NCBI GenBank assembly: GCA_964016885.1
Contig: OZ024744.1
Span: 106,144,001-106,208,000, forward strand
Origin: Eledone cirrhosa
Taxonomy: Eukaryota
Direction: 5' to 3'
Length of the DNA: 64,000 bases
In this document: piece after piece, positions 13,712 to 26,504 of the stretch
Layout: each line of letters starts with the position of its first letter
Numbering within the stretch: the first letter of the stretch is position 1
The notes under the pieces: model-generated
What the model saw: only the letters and a program-made list of their open reading frames with translations
Told to the model about the DNA's origin: nothing
Databases searched by the model: none
Program-made: the position numbers and the translations under genes

Positions 13712-14890
13712 CTATAAGGACGAACTGGCCAACCTGTTCGGTAGGACATTCAGCCCGGGACCCATGGATAACTTCCAGAGGTCCCTGGCCTGGCAATGCT
13801 ACAGAAGGGCTCTGCCCGTTCGAGAAAGGCTCTACAGACCCATCGAAAAAGATCTGTCCCAGATGCGTGTGCGACGAGGAAACCGTTGCACACGCATTGG
13901 TACACTGCTCGGGCATTGCCGATCTGTGGGGCTATGTCGAACAACTGCTGTCAAGGGTGGGACCGATCCGGTTGACCACCGAGTCTATTGTAACGATCAA
14001 GCCGCCTCCCCTCTTCAACAACGAAGGAGAGGCGGTGTTTCTGTGCGTAATAGCCATGGCGAAAGAGGTTGTATGGTGGACGCGTCTGAAAGGACTGAGG
14101 TCAGACACCTTTCTCTCTGGCCAACAACTGGTCCGTTTCTTCCGATATCATTTCAGAAGAAGGATCAGGATGGAGAGAGAGGAGTGCTGCACCCCAGGAT
14201 GGAGAGAGAGGTGCTGTACCTCAGGATGGAGAGAGAGGAGTGCTGCACCCCAGGATGGAGAGAGAGGTGCTGTACCCCAGGATGGAGAGAGAGGAGTGCT
14301 GCACCCCAGGATGGAGAGAGAGGTGCTGTACCTCAGGATGGAGAGAGAGGTGCTGTACCTCAGGATGGAGAGAGAGGTGCTGTACCTCAGGATGGAGAGA
14401 GAGGTGCTGTACCCCAGGATGGAGAGAGAGGTGCTGTACCCCAGGATGGAGAGAGAGGTGCTGTACCCCAGGATGGAGAGAGAGGAGTGCTGCACCCCAG
14501 GATGGAGAGAGAGGTGCTGTACCCCAGGATGGAGAGAGAGGAGTGCTGCACCCCAGCCGTTTTTATGAAAGACGGGTGAAAGTGGCGAGAATGGCCCGTG
14601 TGAATGGGCCTTCACTCTACATCAGACTATAGGTGAGGAAGATGAAAGACCAAGGGAGCACCCCCTCTCTGTGCTCCTGAGGAGAAGGGTTGCACACTTT
14701 TTTTCGGGGGTGTGTGCGACTCCCCAAGGCGCCTCCTCCCTATTGAGGATTTTGTTATACTTTATTTTATTTTTATACTTTTATATCTTGTTATTGCCTC
14801 CTCCATATTGAGGATGCCTTTGCATGTAAACTCCCCCCTTTGTACTTGTCCCACTTTTGATGCCCTGGTGGCAAATAAAAAGAAAGTTAT
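13712..14890 (+). mobile_element. 5'-truncated Tx1/L1-like LINE (ORF2 C-terminal zinc-binding region plus 3' UTR), decayed
   Basis: ELANLFGRTFSPGPMDNFQRSLAWQCYRRALPVR...CDEETVAHALVHC matches the ORF2 C-terminus of the elements at 16.6-17.6 kb and 22.6-23.3 kb; ends in GGCAAATAAAAGAAA. Confidence 0.85.
14163..14555. repeat. 27/30-bp tandem repeat expanded inside the LINE ORF2 end
   Basis: CCCCAGGATGGAGAGAGAGGTGCTGTA and a 30-bp variant, ~14 units. Confidence 0.9.
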
Positions 14891-15074
14891 CTATGTATCT
14901 ATCTGTTTATCCATCTCTCTCCCCCTCCCTCTGCCCCCCCCTCTCTATATATAATATACATATACAGTATCTAAGGCATATAAGAAAGCTTATACAGTAT
15001 GTTTATCTATAATAAACGTACTCGCTATGGTACCTGAAGCTGTGATCATGTCACAGCTGCCTCAGTGACTCTGT

Positions 15075-15725
15075 CACAATGCCAGGCGAACAAAAGGGGG
15101 TCTGGGAGAACAGAAAACTATCTACAAACACCAAGATTGCAATCTACAAGGCATGTGTCCTCAGCACACTACTTTACGACAGGGAGACATGGAGCCTCTA
15201 CTCCAGACAGGAATGGTGCCTCAATGTCTTTCACCTTCATAGCCTGACCACCAACACCGAAGTCCTCAACCACTCCAAGATACCCAATCAGTGCTGTCTG
15301 TGCTGGCTCGGTCATGTACATCGTATGCCAGATGGCAGGATACCAAAGGTCCTACTGTATGGGGGAACTGGCCACTGGCACAAGAACACAAGAACACAAG
15401 AACACAAGAATGACTTCATCTCTAATTTAAAAACATCGGCAGGAGGGATATAAAGTCAATTGATCTGGACACCCAGAGATGGGAGGAGGTCGCTATTTAA
15501 CAAGTGGAGTACTGCGCAAGGGGATGGAGTGAGGGGAGGAGAAACTGAAACTTGTGTGCTAAAAAAGAACAACACAGTAACACTGGAGGAGAACATCTTC
15601 AAAGTTGCTGTATACAGGACTGTCACTCCCGTGTAGGCCTGTACTGCTGACACTGCACCACTATCAGCAGCTGATACAAAATTCTCCAGGTGCAGATACA
15701 TGGCTTTTCGAGATTGACGAATGCC
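15075..15725 (+). mobile_element. Degenerate RTE-clade LINE 3' fragment
   Basis: VWENRKLSTNTKIAIYKACVLSTLLY..ETW and WLGHVHRMPDGRIPKVLLYG are typical RTE ORF C-terminal motifs; ends at an (AAT)n tract. Confidence 0.8.
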
Positions 15726-15745
15726 AATAATAATAATAATAATAA

Positions 15746-15930
15746 TTGTTTCTACTTTAGGCACAAGGCCAGCAATTACTCAGTGCATTACTGGTACTTT
15801 ATTTTATCGACCCCCGTAAGGATGAAAGGCTAAGTCAACCTCGGCGGGATTTGAACTCAGATCGTAAAGGGACGTAACTATGCTGGAAAGCATGGCGTCC
15901 GACTCTCTACCGATACTGCCAATCTACAAT
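15746..15930 (-). mobile_element. tRNA-derived SINE family A (near full length)
   Basis: Minus strand: A box TGGCAGTATCGG, B box GAGTTCAAATCC, central GCCTTTCATCCTTACGGGGGTCGATAAAATAAAGTACCAG, tail GGCCTTGTGCCTAAAGTAGAAACA(ATT)n; several copies in the window. Confidence 0.85.
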
Positions 15931-15944
15931 AATAATAATAATAA

Positions 15945-16045
15945 TGATTTCTTTATTAACCACAAGGGTTTACATAAAGTAGACATTAAGGACAGTGCAG
16001 GACAATACAGGACAGTACAAATGGGCATTTCTGTGTGTAAAAAAC
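15945..16045 (-). mobile_element. ~100-bp 3' tail fragment of the Tx1/L1-like element
   Basis: Nearly identical to 16400-16500 (TTTCTTTATTAACCACAAGGGTTTACATAAAGTAGACATTAAGGACAG...). Confidence 0.85.
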
Positions 16046-16071
16046 AATTATTATTATTATTATTATTGAAT

Positions 16072-16141
16072 GGGGTCGATAAAATAAAGTACCAGTAATG
16101 TACTGGGTAATTGCTGGCCTTGTGCCAATAGTAGAAACAAT
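16072..16141 (+). mobile_element. SINE family A, 5'-truncated
   Basis: GGGGTCGATAAAATAAAGTACCAG...GGCCTTGTGCCAATAGTAGAAACA; flanked on both sides by ATTATTATTATTGAATG (TSD-like). Confidence 0.8.
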
Positions 16142-16648
16142 TATTATTATTGAATGCTATGGTTGACGGAGGCTCTGTAAGGTATTGTAAATTTTAACCG
16201 CTATATCAATTGTAAATTGTTTTAAACTTTAACCAAATTGTAGACAAAAACACCCTCCTCCTCGTGAGAGGGGTCATGCTGCCCGTTATTTGGCCCTTCG
16301 GGGTTAAATAACCGCTTATTGGGGTTTTGTACCCAATATTTATTTTAAACCCCAAAAAAACATGGCTACAAAAAATAATAATAATAATAATAATAATAAT
16401 GCTTTCTTTATTAACCACAAGGGTTTACATAAAGTAGACATTAAGGACAGTACAGGACAATACAGGACGGTACAAAAGGGCATTTCTGCGTGTAAAAAAA
16501 AAAAGAGGATGTAATAAAAAATAACAATGAAAAATTCCCCAATAGGGGGGGAGACTTCCGAGGGACATTTGTGGAGAAAGCCCATTAAAAGGCCACAGTG
16601 ACCCTGACCACCAAGGCAAGTGCCCTCTCCCAGTTTTCCACTTTTAAT

Positions 16649-19600
16649 TTACAGACACATACTCAGAGTAGGCCCATTCACTCGGGCCATACTTGCCTCT
16701 CTCACCCATCTTTCAACAAAATGCTGGGAAGAGAGCACTTCCCTCTCTACCCTGATTTTCCTTTTCAAATGAAATTTGAAAAGTTAATCAGGGCATCACC
16801 GAAGAGGTAAGTGCTCGTCTTCAGCCCTTTCAAACGTGTCCACCATACTATCGCTTTCGCCATGGCCACCAAACAGATAAAAACTGCCTGCCCTTCCCGG
16901 CTAAAGGAAGAGGGCGGGGCAATCCTCACGATGGACTCAGCTGATAGCTGGATCCATCCTACACGTGACAGCAGGTGTTCGACATAAACCCACAAGTCAG
17001 CAATGCTCGGACACTGGACGAGTGCGTGCAGAACGGTTTCGTCGCCCTGCGCGCATCTCGGACATGCCCGGCTGACGGCACCTCCATGCCTGTAGAGTTT
17101 ATCCCGAACTGGCAAAGCTCCTCGGTAGCACTGCCAGGCCAGGGATTTCTGGAAGTTGTCCATAGGCCCCGGCCCGAAAGTCCTTCCTAAGAGATTGGCT
17201 AGTTGATTTTCGTCGACGCCTAGAGTTTCTCCAAGTACGTCGTCGCTCTTCCCCTCCACTAATCCTCTATAGAACGCCAAGGTGGAGTTTCCATCGATCA
17301 CATTGCCCGATTGGTCGAGGGCTGTGAGCGCCTGAAGACATTCCAGTCTCCAAGCGCTTCCTCTCGGTTTTTGCTTGACCCAGGACTGCAGCTCCATTAA
17401 GGAGACGAGCTGGGGAAAGACGTGTCTAGCAAACGGCGACCACACCTGATCACCGTCAAGGAAGAGGTGGAGATGTCGTAGCCTGAGCGCGTGTCTGCGC
17501 ATCATCAGCCACGGCATGCCCAGCCCTCCACGTAGTGGGTGTTGACAGCAGATGGACCGCCTGACCATCGGAGCGCGTCCCTTCCACAAAAAGCGAAAGA
17601 GCAAACGCTCCAGCGCAGTCAGGCGAGGCTTAGGATAAGGTACGACGGTCAGGCGGTAGTAGATGCGACGTACGCGTTGTACGCGTTAGCCACCTCTGCT
17701 CGACCTTTCAGGGATAGCTTCCACTCCGCCCATATCTGGGTGAGAGAAGCCACCCTGCTCGTCACCTCGTCCCAGTTTTTGTCCGTCTGGAGGTCCGGAC
17801 CGAACCAGACCCCTAGCAATTTAACCAGTCCGTCCAGCGCCCGACGACGCTGTTGGACGGCATGGACCTGCCTCTCCAGGTGTCGAGCTGTAGGCCCACT
17901 GACTTTTCCTGGTTGATCATTGCTCCTGTCACCGCTTTGTATTCTTTGTATTCTCTTAGTGTAGTGCCGATCGCCTCGATGTGTTTGGCGTTCGACACCA
18001 CTACGGTGACATCGTCCGCATATGCTGACACGGATCTTCCGCATCCTAGTTCGCACGGGACCCCCCTCAACGTCTCCATTTTGTGCAGTAATGGCTCGAG
18101 AGTCAATACGTACAAGAGGGACGAGAGGGGACATCCTTGGCGGACCGAGCGCATGATATTGAACGGTTCCGAAAGGTGACCGTTCACTCTCACCACAGAG
18201 CAGATGTCGCTGTGCATGGCAGCGATCCAGCCTCAGAAGACGGGCCCAAAGCCAGCCGCCCTCAGGACTGCCGCTAGGTAACGATGGTCGACCCTATCGA
18301 AAGCTTTCGACTGATCTAAATTGATCAAGGACCCACCCGTGCCAGGTTCCCTAGCTACCCTCTCTACGATATATCGCATGAGGTGAAGGTTGTCGTGGAT
18401 GGATCTGTCGGGAATGGCGCATGTCTGCGCCTCTCCCACCAGACCACCAACGACAAGCGCCAACCTCTTTGCTAGCACCTTGGCCAAAATCTTGAACTCT
18501 GTGTTTAGCAGAGCTATGGGCCTGAAATTATCTATGTTATCCCCCTTGTTCAGATCCTTTCTCAGCAGCACCACGGCTCCTCGGCTCACAGAGCTGGGAA
18601 TTCTCCCGTTCTGTTGCCAGTTGCAGTAGACGTCCGCCAAGAGGCCCCCGAACAAGTCTGGCATCTGTACGTAAAGTTCATAGGGCAGACCATCAAAACC
18701 AGGCGATTTACCCCTTGTGCAGCCAGTAATTGCCTCCCGTACTTCAGTGGCTGTTATCGGCTTTTCGCAATACTCCGCCTCAGTGGCCGAGAGCCGCGGC
18801 AGTCCGTCGAGGTAGACACTAAAGTCCATCCCTCGATCTGGCCCGCCGCTGCCCCCGAACAGCTGTGCGAAGTGTCGCTGAAAAGCTTCACATATTTTCC
18901 CGGGATCGAGTAGCATGCGCCCGTCGTGGTCCACCAAAGACCGGATCGTGGCTTTGTTGCCACGACGCGCCTCCACCACTCGGGCCCATTGAACGGCTTT
19001 CGTCCCCTCGTGTCAGAGAGCACGCACCCTAGCTCTGACAACGCAGCCTCCGTGCTTCGCATTGAAGAATTGGTCAAGGGCCAATTTCGCCGCAAGTACG
19101 TCGGTCGCGATGCCTTTGCTAAGCGCCTCGTCTAATTTTCTAACTAGTTCTCCCTCTGCTCTATTTTTCTCTATTGCTAAAGCCTTACTAAACCTAATGG
19201 ACTCTATTCTAATCGCTCTTTTCAGAGAAAACCACCACTTGTTGTTGACGATGGCCCCCGTCAACGCCCGCTTAACTAGTTCGCTAATCCGGTCTCTGTA
19301 GGCCTTGCGCGCTGGTAAGGACGCGTTTAGCTTCCAGTAGCCGAGTCCTCGTCTATGAAACCTATCTAAGTCAAGCACACAGATCACGAATTTGTGGTCC
19401 GTATAGCTGACTATCTTGAATTGTGGACAGCCTATGCTAGACCTATCTATTTCCCTACAAAATACTCTATCTAGATATGATCTGGATGACCCTATGTGGT
19501 TTGTCCAAGTCCACATTGGCACATTCGGGAAATCCAATCGGTACCTGTCAGACAGGTCAAAACGCCTGAGCAGGTTGGTGAGGCTCTTGCACCCTCCTCC

Positions 19601-20066
19601 CCTATCCGCTAATCCCACACAGTCCCAGCGTGCATCTAAGATCCCGTTCCAGTCGCCCACTAACACTAAAGAGCGGGACGTTCCAAGAAAGGTCTCCAGA
19701 CGCCGGAAGAAATCAGGCCGCCCTGCTCCTGTCGGGGCATAGACGGCCACTAGCCTGAAAGCTTGCCTGTCTCCGCTGGTCACGTCCAGCACCACCAACT
19801 TACCTTCTGGGTCCAGGAAGATGGCCCGTATGGCGAGATCCAAACCTCTCCGAAAAGTACAGCAACTCCTCCCCGCGATCCAGGACGGCTGGAAGATGCG
19901 TACACATCTTAGCCGCCGAAGATCAGTGCAGAGGCTCGTGCTTCGGAGATTCTGGTCTCGCTGATGGCCACCACATCTATGTTTAGTGACCTGAGTTTAG
20001 TGGCCCTGCTTCCATGACGACCCCATGGCCACGCGCATTTATGCTGCCTATTCTGAGTGAGGTCAT
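16649..20066 (-). pseudogene. ORF2 of LINE copy 1 (APE endonuclease - reverse transcriptase - zinc-binding), several frameshifts
   Basis: MTSLRIGSINARG start; VAVYAP, LVGDWN, SYLDRVF, YTDHK (EN); KSPGFDG, FRPIALLN, LDQSKAFDRVDH, VRQGCPLS, AYADD (RT); CPRCAQGDETVLHALVQC; split over ORFs 19013-19843, 18233-18979, 17813-18217, 16765-17604. Confidence 0.92.
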
Positions 20067-20099
20067 GTTGAAAAGGAGTGGAAACAGATGGGAAAGACC

Positions 20100-22103
20100 A
20101 CTTACCTCACTTCTCGTAGAGGAAGGATGGTTTTTCCATCCTTCTCACTGCTTGTGGCCTCCCCCAGAAGGATGTCCTTATAAATCCTCCTGGAGAGTGT
20201 TTGTCAGAAGTCTCCAATGTCCTTGGGGAATTTTAGTTTTAGTGTCGTGTACGTTTTCTGTGTGATGCGAGTGATTTGTATGTGTGAAGGTGGTGTGAAT
20301 TTTTTGGGTGTTGTGTAGTCTTTTTCTGTGATGCTGGTGTTGTGTTAGATGTAGTGTAATAATTGGTTGTTGTTCAAATTTAATGCTGTGTAGTGTGCAT
20401 CGTTTTGGTTGCTTTGTTTTGTTTGCGTTTGTTGTGGATTTGTTTCTGTTTCGCTTTTTGGTGATTTTTGTGGTGTTGGTGATGGTGGTGTTGGGGTTAA
20501 TGATGGTGATGGTGTTGGTGTTTGTGATGATGGGGCTGGTGATGCTGGTGTGGGTGGTGGCATAGCTGTCTTAACTTTTTTGTTTGTTTGTTTATTTGTT
20601 TCCCCCTGCATTTTGTTTTTGGAGGGAAAAGGAAGAGGATTTTTTCTTTTTGGGGTCTTTTTTTTTTCTTTTTTCCTAAAACAGTTTCCCACTCCTCCTC
20701 ATCGTCACAGTCTGTCTCCAGTTGCGATAGATTGGGGAGTGGAAAATCCTCCACATGTGTTGGTTTTGGTTGTGGCGTGGTGGTTGGTGGAGGCGCTGGT
20801 GCTAATTCTAGCACGGTGGGTGGTGGTGGTGTTGGTTTTGCTACTGTTGCTGCTACAGTTGCTGGGGTTGTTGCTGCTACAGTTGCTTCTGTTGTTGCTG
20901 TCATTTCTGCTGCTGGTTTTGATGGTTGAGTCACTGAGGTGGGTAGGAGAGGTGGTCTCAACATTTTAGCCTGAGGGCAGAAAGCCTTTAGGTGGGTTCC
21001 TTCACCACAAACGCCACACCTAGTCCTTCTACCCTCAACGATTACGGTGAGGTGGCTGCCGTCATTGAGGTCTATCACCTCTGGAATTTCCTCAATGTTT
21101 TTTTGGTCCGCTTAGATCAGGAGCTCCATCCCAAATCCGGACCAGTTCTCCTGCTTTACTTTTATCACCTCAATTATTTTCGTGTTGGCCTCGATATCGG
21201 CGAGGACGGCAGCCATTAGCCAGGGAATTTCGATGGCCGGCGGAATGTGGGTCACCCTGATCTTCACGAGTCTCTGACCACAATAGCTTGGGACGAGTGT
21301 GAACTCATCACTTCTTAATGGGGCCATGGAGTGCTCTCTGGCTTCCTGTGTGGTTCCAAAGAACACGTCTATGGTTCCATATTTCTGCCCACGTCTGATG
21401 TGGTTTTTTTTTGCCCACACATGTCCCAAAGCTTTTTGTATCTGGGACTCAGATGCCCGTTCCACTCAGCGTGATTTTGAGTTTATCGTCCGATATGATG
21501 CGGTGCATAGGCGCCGATGCTCCATTTTATTAGATGGGGGTGGGGTGGGGGTTGATGCTGACCCTGTACCCATCTTTTTTTACCATTCGCTTGGCTTCAT
21601 TCAATTCATCCTGGCTTACCTCGATTGTTTCGCTTTTCTTGGCTGCTTTGGCAAACGACACATTTTGTTTTGTGCTGGTGTTGATGTTGTTGTTGTTATT
21701 CTCATTGTTATTGTTGTTTCTGTTGTTGTTATTGTTATTTTTAGTTTCAGTTGTGGTGGTGGTGGTGTTGGTGTCAGTGGTGTTCGGCGTGGAAAAGTCG
21801 ATTCTGGGTGAATCCATTTCGATGTCATGAGATAATAATTTATTTTTTGGGGGTTTCTGTTGTCGCTGTGGTGGTGGTGGTGGTATCAGTGGTGTTGGTT
21901 ATTCTTTTTGACATGGTGGTGGTGGGGGTGGCGGCTTTAACACCTGCAATTATTGGTAATGGCAGGAAATCCATGTCTTTATGCAGCAAATCTAAATAAT
22001 TGAGACTGCTATTAATTATATTTTCAGTGTTGGCAACCGTCGCATGGTTTGCAATGGTGGTGGGGGCTGTTAGTCTGTTAAAAACAGGAGATTTGTCGTC
22101 CAT
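20100..22103 (-). pseudogene. ORF1 of LINE copy 1 (Asn/Thr-rich N-terminus, central domain, CCHC zinc knuckle, Pro/Thr-rich tail), interrupted
   Basis: ORF pieces 21840-22103, 21530-21817, 21112-21465, 20497-21078; CGVCGEGTHLKAFC knuckle; SFAKAAK motif; homologous to ORF1 pieces of copy 2. Confidence 0.8.
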
Positions 22104-22344
22104 GTTTTTTTTTCAAAGAAATATTTTGTTTGATCAATAAAAAGTTTTAATTTTGGACTCAAGGCCCCAATATTATTTAGTGTCCTTTTCAGAAAGCAAT
22201 ATATGTGAACTTATAAACACTTAACAACAACAATTTTCCATAACTTGCAATTTGAAACAACTGAAAACAACAAACCTTTGCGGAGCTCACGATAATACGA
22301 TTTCCTTCATAGGTCGCCAATAATAATAATAATAATAATAATAA

Positions 22345-25300
22345 TGGTTTCTTTATTGGCCACAAGGGCTAACGCGAAGAAAAACATTAGAGACGGCACA
22401 GAACAGTACAGGGCGATACAAAGTGGGTTTTGGTCGTGTAAACAAGTTATAACAAAATCGAGCTAGAAATCCCAAAAATTCAAACAACAAAAATTCACAA
22501 AAAAGGGGGAAACCTCCGAGGGTCACTCGTGGCGAAAACCACACAAAAGAAGACCACGGCCACCCTGACCACCAGAGCAAGTGCCCTCTCTCAGTTTTCC
22601 CACTCCTTAGTCTACAGGCACATACTCAGAGCGGGGCCGTTCACTCGGACCAGACTCGCCACTTTCACCCACCTTTCAACAAACTTACTAGAAAGCAGCA
22701 CTTGCCTCTCCACCCTGATTTTCCTCTTCAAGTGAAACTTGAAAAAGTTAATCAGGGATTGGCCGGAGAGGAAAGTGTCCGTCTTCAACCTTATCAACCT
22801 TATCCACCATACAATCTCTTTTGCCATGGCCACCAGGCAGATGAAAACTGCCTGCCCTTCCTCCTCTTTAAAGCAGGATGGCGGGCCTATCTGCACAATG
22901 GACTCAGTTGATAACCAGATCCGTCCAACACGTGACAGCAGCTGTTCGACATAGCTCCACAAGTCAGCAATCCTCGGACACTGAACGAGTGCATGCACAA
23001 CAGTTTCGTCACCCTGCGCGCATCTCAGACAGGCTCGGCTGACAGCACCTCCGTGCCTGTAAAGTTTATCCCGAACCGGCAACCCTCCCCGGTAGCACTG
23101 CCAGGCCAGGGATATCTGGAAGTTGTCCATAGGCCCCACTCTGAAAGTTCTCTTGAAGAGAGCAAACAGCTGATCGTCATCGACGCCCAGGATCTCCCCG
23201 AGAACGTCACCGTTCTTTCCCTCCACTAGCCCTCTATAGAATGCCGAGGTGATACTAGTGCCCAGCTGGTAGAAGGCGGTGAACACTTGGAGACATTCCA
23301 GCTTTCAAGTGCTATCCCTCGGTCTTTTCTTGATCCAGGACTGCAGCTCCGTCAAGGAGACGAGCTGGGGAAAAGCGCGTCTGGCAAACGGTGACCACAC
23401 CTGTTCACCTTCAAGGAAACACCAGAGATGTCGCAGCCTCAGCCCATGTTTGCGCATCATCAGCCACGGCATGCCTAGTCCTCCACGCAACGGGTGTTGA
23501 CAGCAAATGGATCGTCTGACCATGGGAGCACATCCCTTCCAGAAAAAGCGGAAGAGAAGGCGCTTCATGTTGGTCAGAGTTGGGCGAGGGCAAGGTACGA
23601 TGGTCAGGCGGTAGCAGATGACGGACGCGATGTACGCATTCGTCACCTCCGCTCGACCTTTCAGAGACAGCCTCTTCTTGGCCCATTTCTGGGTGAGAGA
23701 GGCCACCCTGCTCGTCACCTCGCTCCAGTTTTTCTCCATCTGGAGGTCTAGACCAAACCAGACTCCGAGCAATTTAACCGGTCCTTTCATCCAGCGCCCC
23801 ATGACGCTGTCGGACGGCATGGACTTGCCTCTCCAGATGCCGAGTTGCAAGACCACCAACTTTTCCTGGTTTAACTTTGCTCCTGTCACCGCTTCGTATT
23901 CATTGAGAGCGGTGCCGAGCATCTGGACGTGTTTGGTGTTCGATACCATCGCGGTGACGTCGTTGTCGTAAGCTGACATGGATCTCCCACATCCCAGTTC
24001 ACGTGGGACCCCCTCATCATCTCCAATTTGTTCAGTAATGGCTCGAGGGGACGAGAGGAGGAAACCCTGGTGGAGTGGGCGCATGATGCTGAAAGGCTGT
24101 GACAGGTGACCATTCACACTCACAATCGAGCAGATGTCGCTGTGCATCGCAGCGATCCAGCCCCTAAAAACGGGCTCGAAGCCGGCCGCCTCGAGGACCG
24201 CAGCCAGGTACCGACGGTCAACCCTATCAAATGCTTTAGATTGATACAAGTTGATCAGAGCCCCCACCCGTGCCAGGTTCCTTAACCACCCTCTCTATGA
24301 TGTATCGCATGAGATGGAGCTTGTCGTGGATGGATCTGTCCGGAATGGCGCATGTCTGCACCTCACTCACCAGATCACCAACGACAAGCGCCAATCTCTT
24401 TGCTAACACCTTGGCCAAAATCTTTAGCAGAGCCCTAAAGAGCGGGACATTCCAAGAAAGGTCTCTAGACGTCTGAAGAAATCTGGCCGTCCTGCCCCTG
24501 TTGGGGCATAGACGGCTACTAGCCTGAAAGCATTGCCTTCGCTGCCGGTCATGTCCAGCACCTCCGACTTACCTTCTGGGTCCAGGAAGATGGCCCGTAT
24601 GGCAAGATCCAAGCCTCTCCGATAAAGCGCGGCTCCCCACCCCCACCCCCGATTCTGGATGGATGGGAGATGCGTATACATCGTAGCCACTGAAGATCGG
24701 TGCGAAGGCCTGTGCTTCGGAGATTCTGGTCTCGCTGATGGCCACCACATCTATGTTTAGTGACCTGAGATCGTTGAGCAGGTGACCCTGCTTCCAAGAT
24801 GACCCCAGGTCAAGTACATTTATAATGCCTATTCTAAGTACGGCCATGTTGGATGAGAAACAGAGTAAGTGAGAAAGGATCACTTATCTTGATTGTGTGG
24901 TGAAAGGACAGTAGAACTGTCCCTTTGGCTGGTCATGGGTGTTTCCAAGAGGATGTCGGTGTATATCCTCTTGGTAACCGACCCTCTGAAGTCTCCAACT
25001 GCGTTGGGTGGGGAAGTTTTGTTTTAAAAGTTTGTACTGTTCTATTGAGATTTCAATGATGCTTATGTTTGTCGGGAGAGTTCTTGGTGTTGGTGGGGTG
25101 TAGTAGTTTTTTTCTGTGATGTCTGTGTGTTGCTTTATATATTGTAAGAGTTTTTTATTTGCCATATTTATGGCTGCGTACCTTTTGGGGGGGAGGAGGA
25201 TTTTGCTGCTGTTTTCTTGTTGTTGCTGTTGGGTGTGTGTGTTTTGTTGTGTTTGCGATGTTGGTGTTTTCGGTGATGCTGGTGCTGGTGTGGTTGTTGT

Positions 25301-26469
25301 TGGTGGTGTGGTGATGGTGGTGGTGTTGCTGCAAGTCTCCTTGCAGCCTTTACCCTTCTTTGTTTGCCTTCCCTTTTGGAGTGTGAAGCTAAGGGGTTTT
25401 TCCTTTTTTGTTTTTTGTGGCAGACCGTTTGCCACTTCCCCCCCGCCTCATACTCCATATCGGATTCCGTAGTGTCTGGGAGGGGTATGAGTTCCACTGC
25501 TATTGGTGGTGGTAGTGGAGCCCACTCTGGCGATTTGCCTTATTTGCCTCGGGTGATGTGGGTTTTGTGCACCCAGACGCACCCCAAGGCCTTTTGGATT
25601 TGAGCCTCCGTGGCTCTCTCTCCACCCAATGTGACATTTTGCTTACTGTGCAGTAAGTCACTGTGCGCAGCTGCTGGTCTTTGAAGAAATCAGGTGGAGG
25701 TTTCAGGAAAACTCTATTATCGTTTCTTGACACCATGGCTCTTGCGACTGCCATCTCCTCCTCCGTGACTAGCACTGTCTCTATATTTCGGGCCACACCT
25801 GCGAAAGAAGTGGCCCCTTTTTCAGCAGCATCATTATTGCTGCCACTACTGCTCCTACTGGTCTTGTTGTTGGTGCTGTTGCTGTTGCTACTGCTACAAA
25901 CGGTGTTGTTGGTGTTGTTGCTGTTATCACTGTTATCACTGTTGCTGTTATCATTGTGTTTTTGATGCCACCGTTGTTGTTCTCGGTGCAATTTGTATTG
26001 TTGCTGTTGGTGTTGTCGTTGTTTATTTTCTTGTTAGTGGCGTTAATATCGTTGTTACAATTGTCATTTTTTTCTGTTGTCTGTATTTTGGTTGTCGCTG
26101 TTATTGTTGTAGTTGGTGTGGTAATTTCTCAGTGTTGTTGTCTTTGTTCACGTTGTTTGTGGTGGTGTTTGTTGTATGAATTTCACTAACCCTCCTCTCA
26201 ATTTTTACGCAGTTGTCACACGACAGCAGACATATTGCTGGGGCGTGGTTCAGCCATGTTTTTTTAATTTTTTTTATTTTCAAAAGTAAAATGTTCAAAT
26301 ATTGTTCAAATATTTGGGCCAAAAGGCCCAAATATCATACTTTCCCCTTCACAGGGCAAAGTCCAAGGGCTTATATCCCTTACACAACAAGAACAATTTA
26401 ACAACAAATAATTATAACAGGCAAATAAAGCGACTTACTGGGAGTGAGCAAAAGACGTCTGATTAGACC

Positions 26470-26470
<1 letters not shown>
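22345..26470 (-). mobile_element. Tx1/L1-clade LINE copy 2 (diverged subfamily, internally deleted in ORF1 and ORF2), head-to-tail with copy 1
   Basis: ORF2 start MAVLRIGIINV (24847), EN N-terminus fused to RT LAKVLAKRL near 24425, C-terminus at 22612; ORF1 remnants 24884-26257; (AAT)n on both sides. Confidence 0.9.

Positions 26471-26502
<32 letters not shown>

Positions 26503-26504
<2 letters not shown>

Larger units (their letters stand above)
16400..22320 (-). mobile_element. Full-length Tx1/L1-clade LINE (copy 1; ORF1 + ORF2, frameshifted), flanked by (AAT)n
   Basis: 5' UTR, ORF1 with CCHC knuckle, ORF2 with APE endonuclease, RT and C-terminal Cys/His region, 3' UTR ending AATAAAGAAAGC(ATT)n. 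Confidence 0.92.
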
